Source: the human T2T-CHM13v2.0 reference genome, Homo sapiens. Taken from it: DNA of 64,000 nucleotides. Position numbers and translations under genes: made by a program. Where the stretch lies: the NCBI RefSeq assembly GCF_009914755.1, contig NC_060933.1. One strand, written 5' to 3'. Numbering within the stretch: position 1 is the stretch's first letter; each line of letters begins with the position of its first letter. The notes beneath the pieces were generated by a model. That model made no database searches and was not told where the DNA came from. It saw nothing but the letters and a program-made list of their open reading frames with translations. Shown here one piece after another: positions 39,906 to 53,177 of this stretch.

Positions 39906-41777
39906 CATTCTCAGAAACTTGTTTGTGATGTGTGTATTCAACTAACAGAGATGAACCTTTCTTTTTACAGAGCAGTTTTGAAACACTCTTTTTGTGGAAT
40001 CTGAAAGTGGATATTTGGATAGCTTTGAGGATTTCGTTGGAAACGGGATTACATATAAAACCTAGAGAGAAGCATTCTCAGGAACTTCTTTGTGATGTTT
40101 GCATTCACGTCACAGAACTGAACATTCCCTTTCATAGAGCATGTTTGAAACACTCTTTCTGTAGTATCTGCAAACGGACATTTCAAACGCTTTCAGGCCT
40201 ATGGTGAGAAAGGAAATATCTTCAAGTAAAAACTAGACAGAAGCATTCTCAGAAACTTATTTGCGATGTGTGTCCTCAACTAACAGAGTTGAACCTTTCT
40301 TTTGATACAACATTTTGGAAACACTCTTTTTGTAGAATCAGCAAGTGGATATTTGAATAGCTTTGAAGGTTTCGTTGGAAACGGGAATATCTTCATATAA
40401 AATCAAGACAGAAGCATTCTCAGAAACTTCTCTGTGATGTTTGCATTCAACTCATAGAGTTGAACACTTCCCTTCATACAGCAGGGTTGAAACACTCTTT
40501 TTGTAATATTTGGAAGTGGACATTTGCAGCGCTTTGAGGCCTATGATGAAAAAGGTAATATCTTCCCATAAAAACTAGACAGAAGCATTCTCAGAAACTT
40601 GTTTGTGATGTGTGTATTCAACTAACAGAGATGAACCTTTCTTTTTACAGAGCAGTTTTGAAACACTCTTTTTGTGGAATCTGAAAGTGGATATTTGGAT
40701 AGCTTTGCGGATTTCGTTGGAAACGGGATTACATATAAAATCTAGGGAGAAGCATTCTCAGGAACTTCTTTGTGATGTTTGCATTCAAGTCACAGAACTG
40801 AACATTCCCTTTCATAGAGCAGGTTTGAAACACTCTTTCTGTAGTATCTGCAAGCGGACGTTTTAAGCGCTTTCAGGCCTGTGGTGAGAAAGGAAATATC
40901 TTCAAATAAAAACTAGACAGAAGCATTCTCAGAAACTTATTTGCGATGTGTGTCCTCAACTAACAGAGTTGAACCTTTCTTTTGATACAACATTTTGGAA
41001 ACACTCTTTTTGTAGAATCTGCAAGTGGATATTTGGATAGCTTTGAAGGTTTCGTTGGAAACGGGAATATCTTCATATGAAATCAAGACAGAAGCATTCT
41101 CAGAAACTTCTCTGTGATGTTTGCATTCAACTCATAGAGTTGAACACTTCCCTTCATACAGCAGGTTTGAAACACTCTTTTTCTAATATTTGGAAGTGGA
41201 CATTTGCAGCGCTTTGAGGCCTATGTTGAAAAAGGAAATATCTTCTCCTAAAAACCAGACAGAAGCATTCTCAGAAACTTCCTTGTGATGTGTGTACTCA
41301 AGTAACAGAGTTGAACCTTCCTTTTGACAGAGCAGTTTTTAAGCACTCTTTTTGTAGAATCTGCAAGTGGATATTTTGATACCTTTGAGGATTTCGTTGG
41401 ACACGGGATATCTTCATATAAAATCTAGACAGAAGCATTCTCAGAAACTTCTTTGTGCTGTATGTCCTCAATTAACAGAGTTGAACCTTTGTGTGGATAC
41501 AGCATTTTGGAAACATTCCTTTAGTAGAATCTGCAAGTTGATATTTAGATAGCTAGGAAGATTTCCTTGGAAACGGGAATATCTTCATATAAAATCTAGA
41601 CGGAAGCATTCTCAGAAAGTGCTTTGTGATGTTTGCATTCAAGTCACAGAGTTGAATATTCCCTTTTATAGAGCAGGTTTGAAACACTCTTTCTGCACTA
41701 CCTGGAAGTGGACATTTGGAGCGCTTTGAGGCCTATGTTGAAAAACGAAATATCTTCCCATAAAAACTAGACAGAAG
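39906..41777 (+). repeat. HOR U18: 11-mer (A monomer 1 / B remainder)-C-T
   Basis: Spacing 39932->41804; AAAACCTAG (A) then CATTCACGTC (B). Confidence 0.9.
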
Positions 41778-44700
41778 CATTCTCAGAAACTTGTTTGTGA
41801 TGTGTGTATTCAACTAACAGAGATGAACCTTTCTTTTTACAGAGCAGTTTTGAAACACTCTTTTTGTGGAATCTGAAAGTGGATATTTGGATAGCTTTGA
41901 GGATTTCGTTGGAAACGGGATTACATATAAAACCTAGAGAGAAGCATTCTCAGGAACTTCTTTGTGATGTTTGCCTTCAAGTCACAGGACTGAACATTCC
42001 CTTTCATAGAGCAGGTTTGAAACACTCTTTCTGTAGTATCTGCAAGCTGACGTTTCAAGCGCTTTCAGGCCTATGGTGAGAAAGGAAATATCTTCAAGTA
42101 AAAACTAGACAGAAGCATTCTCAGAAACTTATTTGCCATGTGTGTTCTCAACTAACAGAGTTGAACCTTTGTTTTGATACGGCATTTTGGAAACACTCTT
42201 TTTGTAGAATCTGCAGGTGGATATTCGGATAGCTTTGAAGGTTTCGTTGGAAACGGGAATATCTTCATATAAAATCTAGACGGAAGCATTCTCAGAAACT
42301 GCTTTGTGATGTTTTCATTCAAGTCACAGAGTAGAATGTTCCCTGTTATATACCAGGTTTGAGACACTCTTTCTGCACTACCCGGAAGTGGACGTTTGGA
42401 GCGCTTTGAGGCGTATGTTGAAAAAGGAAATATCTTCCCATAAAAACTAGACAGAAGCATTCTCAGAAACTTGTTTGTGATGTGTGTATTCAACTAACAG
42501 AGATGAACCTTTCTTTTTACAGAGCAGTTTTGAAACACTCTTTTTGTGGAATCTGAAAGTGGATATTTGGATAGCTTTGAGGATTTCGTTGGAAACGGGA
42601 TTACATATAAAATCTAGAGAGAAGCATTCTCAGGAACTTCTTTGTGATGTTTGCATTCACGTCACAGAACTGAACATTCCCTTTCATAGAGCATGTTTGA
42701 AACACTCTTTCTGTAGTATCTGCAAACGGACATTTCAAACGCTTTCAGGCCTATGGTGAGAAAGGAAATATCTTCAAGTAAAAACTAGACAGAAGCATTC
42801 TCAGAAACTTATTTGCGATGTGTGTCCTCAACTAACAGAGTTGAACCTTTCTTTTGATACAACATTTTGGAAACACTCTTTTTGTAGAATCTGCAAGTGG
42901 ATATTTGAATAGCTTTGAAGGTTTCGTTGGAAACGGGAATATCTTCAAATAAAATCAAGACAGAAGCATTCTCAGAAACTTCTCTGTGATGTTTGCATTC
43001 AACTCATAGAGTTGAACACTTCCCTTCATACAGCAGGTTTGAAACACTCTTTTTGTAATATTTGGAAGTGGACATTTGCAGCGCTTTGAGGCCTATGATG
43101 AAAAAGGTAATATCTTCCCATAAAAACTAGACAGAAGCATTCTCAGAAACTTGTTTGTGATGTGTGTATTCAACTAACAGAGATGAACCTTTCTTTTTAC
43201 AGAGCAGTTTTGAAACACTCTTTTTGTGGAATCTGAAAGTGGATATTTGGATAGCTTTGCGGATTTCGTTGGAAACGGGATTACATATAAAATCTAGGGA
43301 GAAGCATTCTCAGGAACTTCTTTGTGATGTTTGCATTCAAGTCACAGAACTGAACATTCCCTTTCATAGAGCAGGTTTGAAACACTCTTTCTGTAGTATC
43401 TGCAAGCGGACGTTTTAAGCGCTTTCAGGCCTGTGGTGAGAAAGGAAATATCTTCAAATAAAAACTAGACAGAAGCATTCTCAGAAACTTATTTGCGATG
43501 TGTGTCCTCAACTAACAGAGTTGAACCTTTCTTTTGATACAACATTTTGGAAACACTCTTTTTGTAGAATCTGCAAGTGGATATTTGGATAGCTTTGAAG
43601 GTTTCGTTGGAAACGGGAATATCTTCATATGAAATCAAGACAGAAGCATTCTCAGAAACTTCTCTGTGATGTTTGCATTCAACTCATAGAGTTGAACACT
43701 TCCCTTCATACAGCAGGTTTGAAACACTCTTTTTCTAATATTTGGAAGTGGACATTTGCAGCGCTTTGAGGCCTATGTTGAAAAAGGAAATATCTTCTCC
43801 TAAAAACCAGACAGAAGCATTCTCAGAAACTTCCTTGTGATGTGTGTACTCAAGTAACAGAGTTGAACCTTCCTTTTGACAGAGCAGTTTTTAAGCACTC
43901 TTTTTGTAGAATCTGCAAGTGGATATTTTGATACCTTTGAGGATTTCGTTGGACACGGGATATCTTCATATAAAATCTAGACAGAAGCATTCTCAGAAAC
44001 TTCTTTGTGCTGTATGTCCTCAATTAACAGAGTTGAACCTTTGTGTGGATACAGCATTTTGGAAACATTCCTTTAGTAGAATCTGCAAGTTGATATTTAG
44101 ATAGCTAGGAAGATTTCCTTGGAAACGGGAATATCTTCATATAAAATCTAGACGGAAGCATTCTCAGAAAGTGCTTTGTGATGTTTGCATTCAAGTCACA
44201 GAGTTGAATATTCCCTTTTATAGAGCAGGTTTGAAACACTCTTTCTGCACTACCTGGAAGTGGACATTTGGAGCGCTTTGAGGCCTATGTTGAAAAACGA
44301 AATATCTTCCCATAAAAACTAGACAGAAGCATTCTCAGAAACTTGTTTGTGATGTGTGTATTCAACTAACAGAGATGAACCTTTCTTTTTACAGAGCAGT
44401 TTTGAAACACTCTTTTTGTGGAATCTGAAAGTGGATATTTGGATAGCTTTGAGGATTTCGTTGGAAACGGGATTACATATAAAACCTAGAGAGAAGCATT
44501 CTCAGGAACTTCTTTGTGATGTTTGCCTTCAAGTCACAGGACTGAACATTCCCTTTCATAGAGCAGGTTTGAAACACTCTTTCTGTAGTATCTGCAAGCT
44601 GACGTTTCAAGCGCTTTCAGGCCTATGGTGAGAAAGGAAATATCTTCAAGTAAAAACTAGACAGAAGCATTCTCAGAAACTTATTTGCCATGTGTGTTCT

Positions 44701-47700
44701 CAACTAACAGAGTTGAACCTTTGTTTTGATACGGCATTTTGGAAACACTCTTTTTGTAGAATCTGCAGGTGGATATTCGGATAGCTTTGAAGGTTTCGTT
44801 GGAAACGGGAATATCTTCATATAAAATCTAGACGGAAGCATTCTCAGAAACTGCTTTGTGATGTTTTCATTCAAGTCACAGAGTAGAATGTTCCCTGTTA
44901 TATACCAGGTTTGAGACACTCTTTCTGCACTACCCGGAAGTGGACGTTTTTAGCGCTTTGAGGCCTATGTTGAAAAAGGAAATATCTTCCCATAAAAACT
45001 AGACAGAAGCATTCTCAGAAACTTGTTTGTGATGTGTGTATTCAACTAACAGAGATGAACCTTTCTTTTTACAGAGCAGTTTTGAAACACTCTTTTTGTG
45101 GAATCTGAAAGTGGATATTTGGATAGCTTTGAGGATTTCGTTGGAAACGGGATTACATATAAAATCTAGAGAGAAGCATTCTCAGGAACTTCTTTGTGAT
45201 GTTTGCATTCACGTCACAGAACTGAACATTCCCTTTCATAGAGCATGTTTGAAACACTCTTTCTGTAGTATCTGCAAACGGACATTTCAAACGCTTTCAG
45301 GCCTATGGTGAGAAAGGAAATATCTTCAAGTAAAAACTAGACAGAAGCATTCTCAGAAACTTATTTGCGATGTGTGTCCTCAACTAACAGAGTTGAACCT
45401 TTCTTTTGATACAACATTTTGGAAACACTCTTTTTGTAGAATCTGCAAGTGGATATTTGAATAGCTTTGAAGGTTTCGTTGGAAACGGGAATATCTTCAT
45501 ATAAAATCAAGACAGAAGCATTCTCAGAAACTTCTCTGTGATGTTTGCATTCAACTCATAGAGTTGAACACTTCCCTTCATACAGCAGGTTTGAAACACT
45601 CTTTTTGTAATATTTGGAAGTGGACATTTGCAGCGCTTTGAGGCCTATGATGAAAAAGGTAATATCTTCCCATAAAAACTAGACAGAAGCATTCTCAGAA
45701 ACTTGTTTGTGATGTGTGTATTCAACTAACAGAGATGAACCTTTCTTTTTACAGAGCAGTTTTGAAACACTCTTTTTGTGGAATCTGAAAGTGGATATTT
45801 GGATAGCTTTGCGGATTTCGTTGGAAACGGGATTACATATAAAATCTAGGGAGAAGCACTCTCAGGAACTTCTTTGTGATGTTTGCATTCAAGTCACAGA
45901 ACTGAACATTCCCTTTCATAGAGCAGGTTTGAAACACTCTTTCTGTAGTATCTGCAAGCGGACGTTTTAAGCGCTTTCAGGCCTGTGGTGAGAAAGGAAA
46001 TATCTTCAAATAAAAACTAGACAGAAGCATTCTCAGAAACTTATTTGCGATGTGTGTCCTCAACTAACAGAGTTGAACCTTTCTTTTGATACAACATTTT
46101 GGAAACACTCTTTTTGTAGAATCTGCAAGTGGATATTTGGATAGCTTTGAAGGTTTCGTTGGAAACGGGAATATCTTCATATGAAATCAAGACAGAAGCA
46201 TTCTCAGAAACTTCTCTGTGATGTTTGCATTCAACTCATAGAGTTGAACACTTCCCTTCATACAGCAGGTTTGAAACACTCTTTTTCTAATATTTGGAAG
46301 TGGACATTTGCAGCGCTTTGAGGCCTATGTTGAAAAAGGAAATATCTTCTCCTAAAAACCAGACAGAAGCATTCTCAGAAACTTCCTTGTGATGTGTGTA
46401 CTCAAGTAACAGAGTTGAACCTTCCTTTTGACAGAGCAGTTTTGAAGCACTCTTTTTGTAGAATCTGCAAGTGGATATTTTGATACCTTTGAGGATTTCG
46501 TTGGACACGGGATATCTTCATATAAAATCTAGACAGAAGCATTCTCAGAAACTTCTTTGTGCTGTATGTCCTCAATTAACAGAGTTGAACCTTTGTGTGG
46601 ATACAGCATTTTGGAAACATTCCTTTCGTAGAATCTGCAAGTTGATATTTAGATAGCTAGGAAGATTTCCTTGGAAACGGGAATATCTTCATATAAAATC
46701 TAGACGGAAGCATTCTCAGAAAGTGCTTTGTGATGTTTGCATTCAAGTCACAGAGTTGAATATTCCCTTTTATAGAGCAGGTTTGAAACACTCTTTCTGC
46801 ACTACCTGGAAGTGGACATTTGGAGCGCTTTGAGGCCTATGTTGAAAAACGAAATATCTTCCCATAAAAACTAGACAGAAGCATTCTCAGAAACTTGTTT
46901 GTGATGTGTGTATTCAACTAACAGAGATGAACCTTTCTTTTTACAGAGCAGTTTTGAAACACTCTTTTTGTGGAATCTGAAAGTGGATATTTGGATAGCT
47001 TTGAGGATTTCGTTGGAAACGGGATTACATATAAAACCTAGAGAGAAGCATTCTCAGGAACTTCTTTGTGATGTTTGCCTTCAAGTCACAGGACTGAACA
47101 TTCCCTTTCATAGAGCAGGTTTGAAACACTCTTTCTGTAGTATCTGCAAGCTGACGTTTCAAGCGCTTTCAGGCCTATGGTGAGAAAGGAAATATCTTCA
47201 AGTAAAAACTAGACAGAAGCATTCTCAGAAACTTATTTGCCATGTGTGTTCTCAACTAACAGAGTTGAACCTTTGTTTTGATACGGCATTTTGGAAACAC
47301 TCTTTTTGTAGAATCTGCAGGTGGATATTCGGATAGCTTTGAAGGTTTCGTTGGAAACGGGAATATCTTCATATAAAATCTAGACGGAAGCATTCTCAGA
47401 AACTGCTTTGTGATGTTTTCATTCAAGTCACAGAGTAGAATGTTCCCTGTTATATACCAGGTTTGAGACACTCTTTCTGCACTACCCGGAAGTGGACGTT
47501 TTTAGCGCTTTGAGGCCTATGTTGAAAAAGGAAATATCTTCCCATAAAAACTAGACAGAAGCATTCTCAGAAACTTGTTTGTGATGTGTGTATTCAACTA
47601 ACAGAGATGAACCTTTCTTTTTACAGAGCAGTTTTGAAACACTCTTTTTGTGGAATCTGAAAGTGGATATTTGGATAGCTTTGAGGATTTCGTTGGAAAC

Positions 47701-49433
47701 GGGATTACATATAAAATCTAGAGAGAAGCATTCTCAGGAACTTCTTTGTGATGTTTGCATTCACGTCACAGAACTGAACATTCCCTTTCATAGAGCATGT
47801 TTGAAACACTCTTTCTGTAGTATCTGCAAACGGACATTTCAAACGCTTTCAGGCCTATGGTGAGAAAGGAAATATCTTCAAGTAAAAACTAGACAGAAGC
47901 ATTCTCAGAAACTTATTTGCGATGTGTGTCCTCAACTAACAGAGTTGAACCTTTCTTTTGATACAACATTTTGGAAACACTCTTTTTGTAGAATCTGCAA
48001 GTGGATATTTGAATAGCTTTGAAGGTTTCGTTGGAAACGGGAATATCTTCATATAAAATCAAGACAGAAGCATTCTCAGAAACTTCTCTGTGATGTTTGC
48101 ATTCAACTCATAGAGTTGAACACTTCCCTTCATACAGCAGGTTTGAAACACTCTTTTTGTAATATTTGGAAGTGGACATTTGCAGCGCTTTGAGGCCTAT
48201 GATGAAAAAGGTAATATCTTCCCATAAAAACTAGACAGAAGCATTCTCAGAAACTTGTTTGTGATGTGTGTATTCAACTAACAGAGATGAACCTTTCTTT
48301 TTACAGAGCAGTTTTGAAACACTCTTTTTGTGGAATCTGAAAGTGGATATTTGGATAGCTTTGCGGATTTCGTTGGAAACGGGATTACATATAAAATCTA
48401 GGGAGAAGCACTCTCAGGAACTTCTTTGTGATGTTTGCATTCAAGTCACAGAACTGAACATTCCCTTTCATAGAGCAGGTTTGAAACACTCTTTCTGTAG
48501 TATCTGCAAGCGGACGTTTTAAGCGCTTTCAGGCCTGTGGTGAGAAAGGAAATATCTTCAAATAAAAACTAGACAGAAGCATTCTCAGAAACTTATTTGC
48601 GATGTGTGTCCTCAACTAACAGAGTTGAACCTTTCTTTTGATACAACATTTTGGAAACACTCTTTTTGTAGAATCTGCAAGTGGATATTTGGATAGCTTT
48701 GAAGGTTTCGTTGGAAACGGGAATATCTTCATATGAAATCAAGACAGAAGCATTCTCAGAAACTTCTCTGTGATGTTTGCATTCAACTCATAGAGTTGAA
48801 CACTTCCCTTCATACAGCAGGTTTGAAACACTCTTTTTCTAATATTTGGAAGTGGACATTTGCAGCGCTTTGAGGCCTATGTTGAAAAAGGAAATATCTT
48901 CTCCTAAAAACCAGACAGAAGCATTCTCAGAAACTTCCTTGTGATGTGTGTACTCAAGTAACAGAGTTGAACCTTCCTTTTGACAGAGCAGTTTTGAAGC
49001 ACTCTTTTTGTAGAATCTGCAAGTGGATATTTTGATACCTTTGAGGATTTCATTGGACACGGGATATCTTCATATAAAATCTAGACAGAAGCATTCTCAG
49101 AAACTTCTTTGTGCTGTATGTCCTCAATTAACAGAGTTGAACCTTTGTGTGGATACAGCATTTTGGAAACATTCCTTTAGTAGAATCTGCAAGTTGATAT
49201 TTAGATAGCTAGGAAGATTTCCTTGGAAACGGGAATATCTTCATATAAAATCTAGACGGAAGCATTCTCAGAAAGTGCTTTGTGATGTTTGCATTCAAGT
49301 CACAGAGTTGAATATTCCCTTTTATAGAGCAGGTTTGAAACACTCTTTCTGCACTACCTGGAAGTGGACATTTGGAGCGCTTTGAGGCCTATGTTGAAAA
49401 ACGAAATATCTTCCCATAAAAACTAGACAGAAG
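41778..49433 (+). repeat. HORs U19-U21: three 15-mers (starts 41778, 44330, 46882)
   Basis: 2552-bp spacing. Confidence 0.9.
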
Positions 49434-52400
49434 CATTCTCAGAAACTTGTTTGTGATGTGTGTATTCAACTAACAGAGATGAACCTTTCTTTTTACAGAG
49501 CAGTTTTGAAACACTCTTTTTGTGGAATCTGAAAGTGGATATTTGGATAGCTTTGAGGATTTCGTTGGAAACGGGATTACATATAAAATCTAGAGAGAAG
49601 CATTCTCAGGAACTTCTTTGTGATGTTTGCATTCACGTCACAGAACTGAACATTCCCTTTCATAGAGCATGTTTGAAACACTCTTTCTGTAGTATCTGCA
49701 AACGGACATTTCAAACGCTTTCAGGCCTATGGTGAGAAAGGAAATATCTTCAAGTAAAAACTAGACAGAAGCATTCTCAGAAACTTATTTGCGATGTGTG
49801 TCCTCAACTAACAGAGTTGAACCTTTCTTTTGATACAACATTTTGGAAACACTCTTTTTGTAGAATCAGCAAGTGGATATTTGAATAGCTTTGAAGGTTT
49901 CGTTGGAAACGGGAATATCTTCATATAAAATCAAGACAGAAGCATTCTCAGAAACTTCTTTGTGATGTTTGCATTCAACTCATAGAGTTGAACACTTCCC
50001 TTCATACAGCAGGTTTGAAACACTCTTTTTGTAATATTTGGAAGTGGACATTTGCAGCGCTTTGAGGCCTATGATGAAAAAGGTAATATCTTCCCATAAA
50101 AACTAGACAGAAGCATTCTCAGAAACTTGTTTGTGATGTGTGTATTCAACTAACAGAGATGAACCTTTCTTTTTACAGAGCAGTTTTGAAACACTCTTTT
50201 TGTGGAATCTGAAAGTGGATATTTGGATAGCTTTGCGGATTTCGTTGGAAACGGGATTACATATAAAATCTAGGGAGAAGCATTCTCAGGAACTTCTTTG
50301 TGATGTTTGCATTCAAGTCACAGAACTGAACATTCCCTTTCATAGAGCAGGTTTGAAACACTCTTTCTGTAGTATCTGCAAGCGGACGTTTTAAGCGCTT
50401 TCAGGCCTGTGGTGAGAAAGGAAATATCTTCAAATAAAAACTAGACAGAAGCATTCTCAGAAACTTATTTGCGATGTGTGTCCTCAACTAACAGAGTTGA
50501 ACCTTTCTTTTGATACAACATTTTGGAAACACTCTTTTTGTAGAATCTGCAAGTGGATATTTGGATAGCTTTGAAGGTTTCGTTGGAAACGGGAATATCT
50601 TCATATGAAATCAAGACAGAAGCATTCTCAGAAACTTCTCTGTGATGTTTGCATTCAACTCATAGAGTTGAACACTTCCCTTCATACAGCAGGTTTGAAA
50701 CACTCTTTTTCTAATATTTGGAAGTGGACATTTGCAGCGCTTTGAGGCCTATGTTGAAAAAGGAAATATCTTCTCCTAAAAACCAGACAGAAGCATTCTC
50801 AGAAAGTTCCTTGTGATGTGTGTACTCAAGTAACAGAGTTGAACCTTCCTTTTGACAGAGCAGTTTTGAAGCACTCTTTTTGTAGAATCTGCAAGTGGAT
50901 ATTTTGATACCTTTGAGGATTTCATTGGACACGGGATATCTTCATATAAAATCTAGACAGAAGCATTCTCAGAAACTTCTTTGTGCTGTATGTCCTCAAT
51001 TAACAGAGTTGAACCTTTGTGTGGATACAGCATTTTGGAAACATTCCTTTAGTAGAATCTGCAAGTTGATATTTAGATAGCTAGGAAGATTTCCTTGGAA
51101 ACGGGAATATCTTCATATAAAATCTAGACGGAAGCATTCTCAGAAAGTGCTTTGTGATGTTTGCATTCAAGTCACAGAGTTGAATATTCCCTTTTATAGA
51201 GCAGGTTTGAAACACTCTTTCTGCACTACCTGGAAGTGGACATTTGGAGCGCTTTGAGGCCTATGTTGAAAAACGAAATATCTTCCCATAAAAACTAGAC
51301 AGAAGCATTCTCAGAAACTTGTTTGTGATGTGTGTATTCAACTAACAGAGATGAACCTTTCTTTTTACAGAGCAGTTTTGAAACACTCTTTTTGTGGAAT
51401 CTGAAAGTGGATATTTGGATAGCTTTGAGGATTTCGTTGGAAACGGGATTACATATAAAATCTAGAGAGAAGCATTCTCAGGAACTTCTTTGTGATGTTT
51501 GCATTCACGTCACAGAACTGAACATTCCCTTTCATAGAGCATGTTTGAAACACTCTTTCTGTAGTATCTGCAAACGGACATTTCAAACGCTTTCAGGCCT
51601 ATGGTGAGAAAGGAAATATCTTCAAGTAAAAACTAGACAGAAGCATTCTCAGAAACTTATTTGCGATGTGTGTCCTCAACTAACAGAGTTGAACCTTTCT
51701 TTTGATACAACATTTTGGAAACACTCTTTTTGTAGAATCAGCAAGTGGATATTTGAATAGCTTTGAAGGTTTCGTTGGAAACGGGAATATCTTCATATAA
51801 AATCAAGACAGAAGCATTCTCAGAAACTTCTTTGTGATGTTTGCATTCAACTCATAGAGTTGAACACTTCCCTTCATACAGCAGGTTTGAAACACTCTTT
51901 TTGTAATATTTGGAAGTGGACATTTGCAGCGCTTTGAGGCCTATGATGAAAAAGGTAATATCTTCCCATAAAAACTAGACAGAAGCATTCTCAGAAACTT
52001 GTTTGTGATGTGTGTATTCAACTAACAGAGATGAACCTTTCTTTTTACAGAGCAGTTTTGAAACACTCTTTTTGTGGAATCTGAAAGTGGATATTTGGAT
52101 AGCTTTGCGGATTTCGTTGGAAACGGGATTACATATAAAATCTAGGGAGAAGCATTCTCAGGAACTTCTTTGTGATGTTTGCATTCAAGTCACAGAACTG
52201 AACATTCCCTTTCATAGAGCAGGTTTGAAACACTCTTTCTGTAGTATCTGCAAGCGGACGTTTTAAGCGCTTTCAGGCCTGTGGTGAGAAAGGAAATATC
52301 TTCAAATAAAAACTAGACAGAAGCATTCTCAGAAACTTATTTGCGATGTGTGTCCTCAACTAACAGAGTTGAACCTTTCTTTTGATACAACATTTTGGAA

Positions 52401-53177
52401 ACACTCTTTTTGTAGAATCTGCAAGTGGATATTTGGATAGCTTTGAAGGTTTCGTTGGAAACGGGAATATCTTCATATGAAATCAAGACAGAAGCATTCT
52501 CAGAAACTTCTCTGTGATGTTTGCATTCAACTCATAGAGTTGAACACTTCCCTTCATACAGCAGGTTTGAAACACTCTTTTTCTAATATTTGGAAGTGGA
52601 CATTTGCAGCGCTTTGAGGCCTATGTTGAAAAAGGAAATATCTTCTCCTAAAAACCAGACAGAAGCATTCTCAGAAACTTCCTTGTGATGTGTGTACTCA
52701 AGTAACAGAGTTGAACCTTCCTTTTGACAGAGCAGTTTTGAAGCACTCTTTTTGTAGAATCTGCAAGTGGATATTTTGATACCTTTGAGGATTTCTTTGG
52801 ACACGGGATATCTTCATAAAAAATCTAGACAGAAGCATTCTCAGAAACTTCTTTGTGCTGTATGTCCTCAATTAACAGAGTTGAACCTTTGTGTGGATAC
52901 AGCATTTTGGAAACATTCCTTTAGTAGAATCTGCAAGTTGATATTTAGATAGCTAGGAAGATTTCCTTGGAAACGGGAATATCTTCATATAAAATCTAGA
53001 CGGAAGCATTCTCAGGAAGTGCTTTGTGATGTTTGCATTCAAGTCACAGAGTTGAATATTCCCTTTTATAGAGCAGGTTTGAAACACTCTTTCTGCACTA
53101 CCTGGAAGTGGACATTTGGAGCGCTTTGAGGCCTATGTTGAAAAACGAAATATCTTCCCATAAAAACTAGACAGAAG
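49434..53177 (+). repeat. HORs U22 and U23: two 11-mers B-C-T (boundary 51305/51306)
   Basis: Spacing 49460->51332->53204. Confidence 0.9.
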
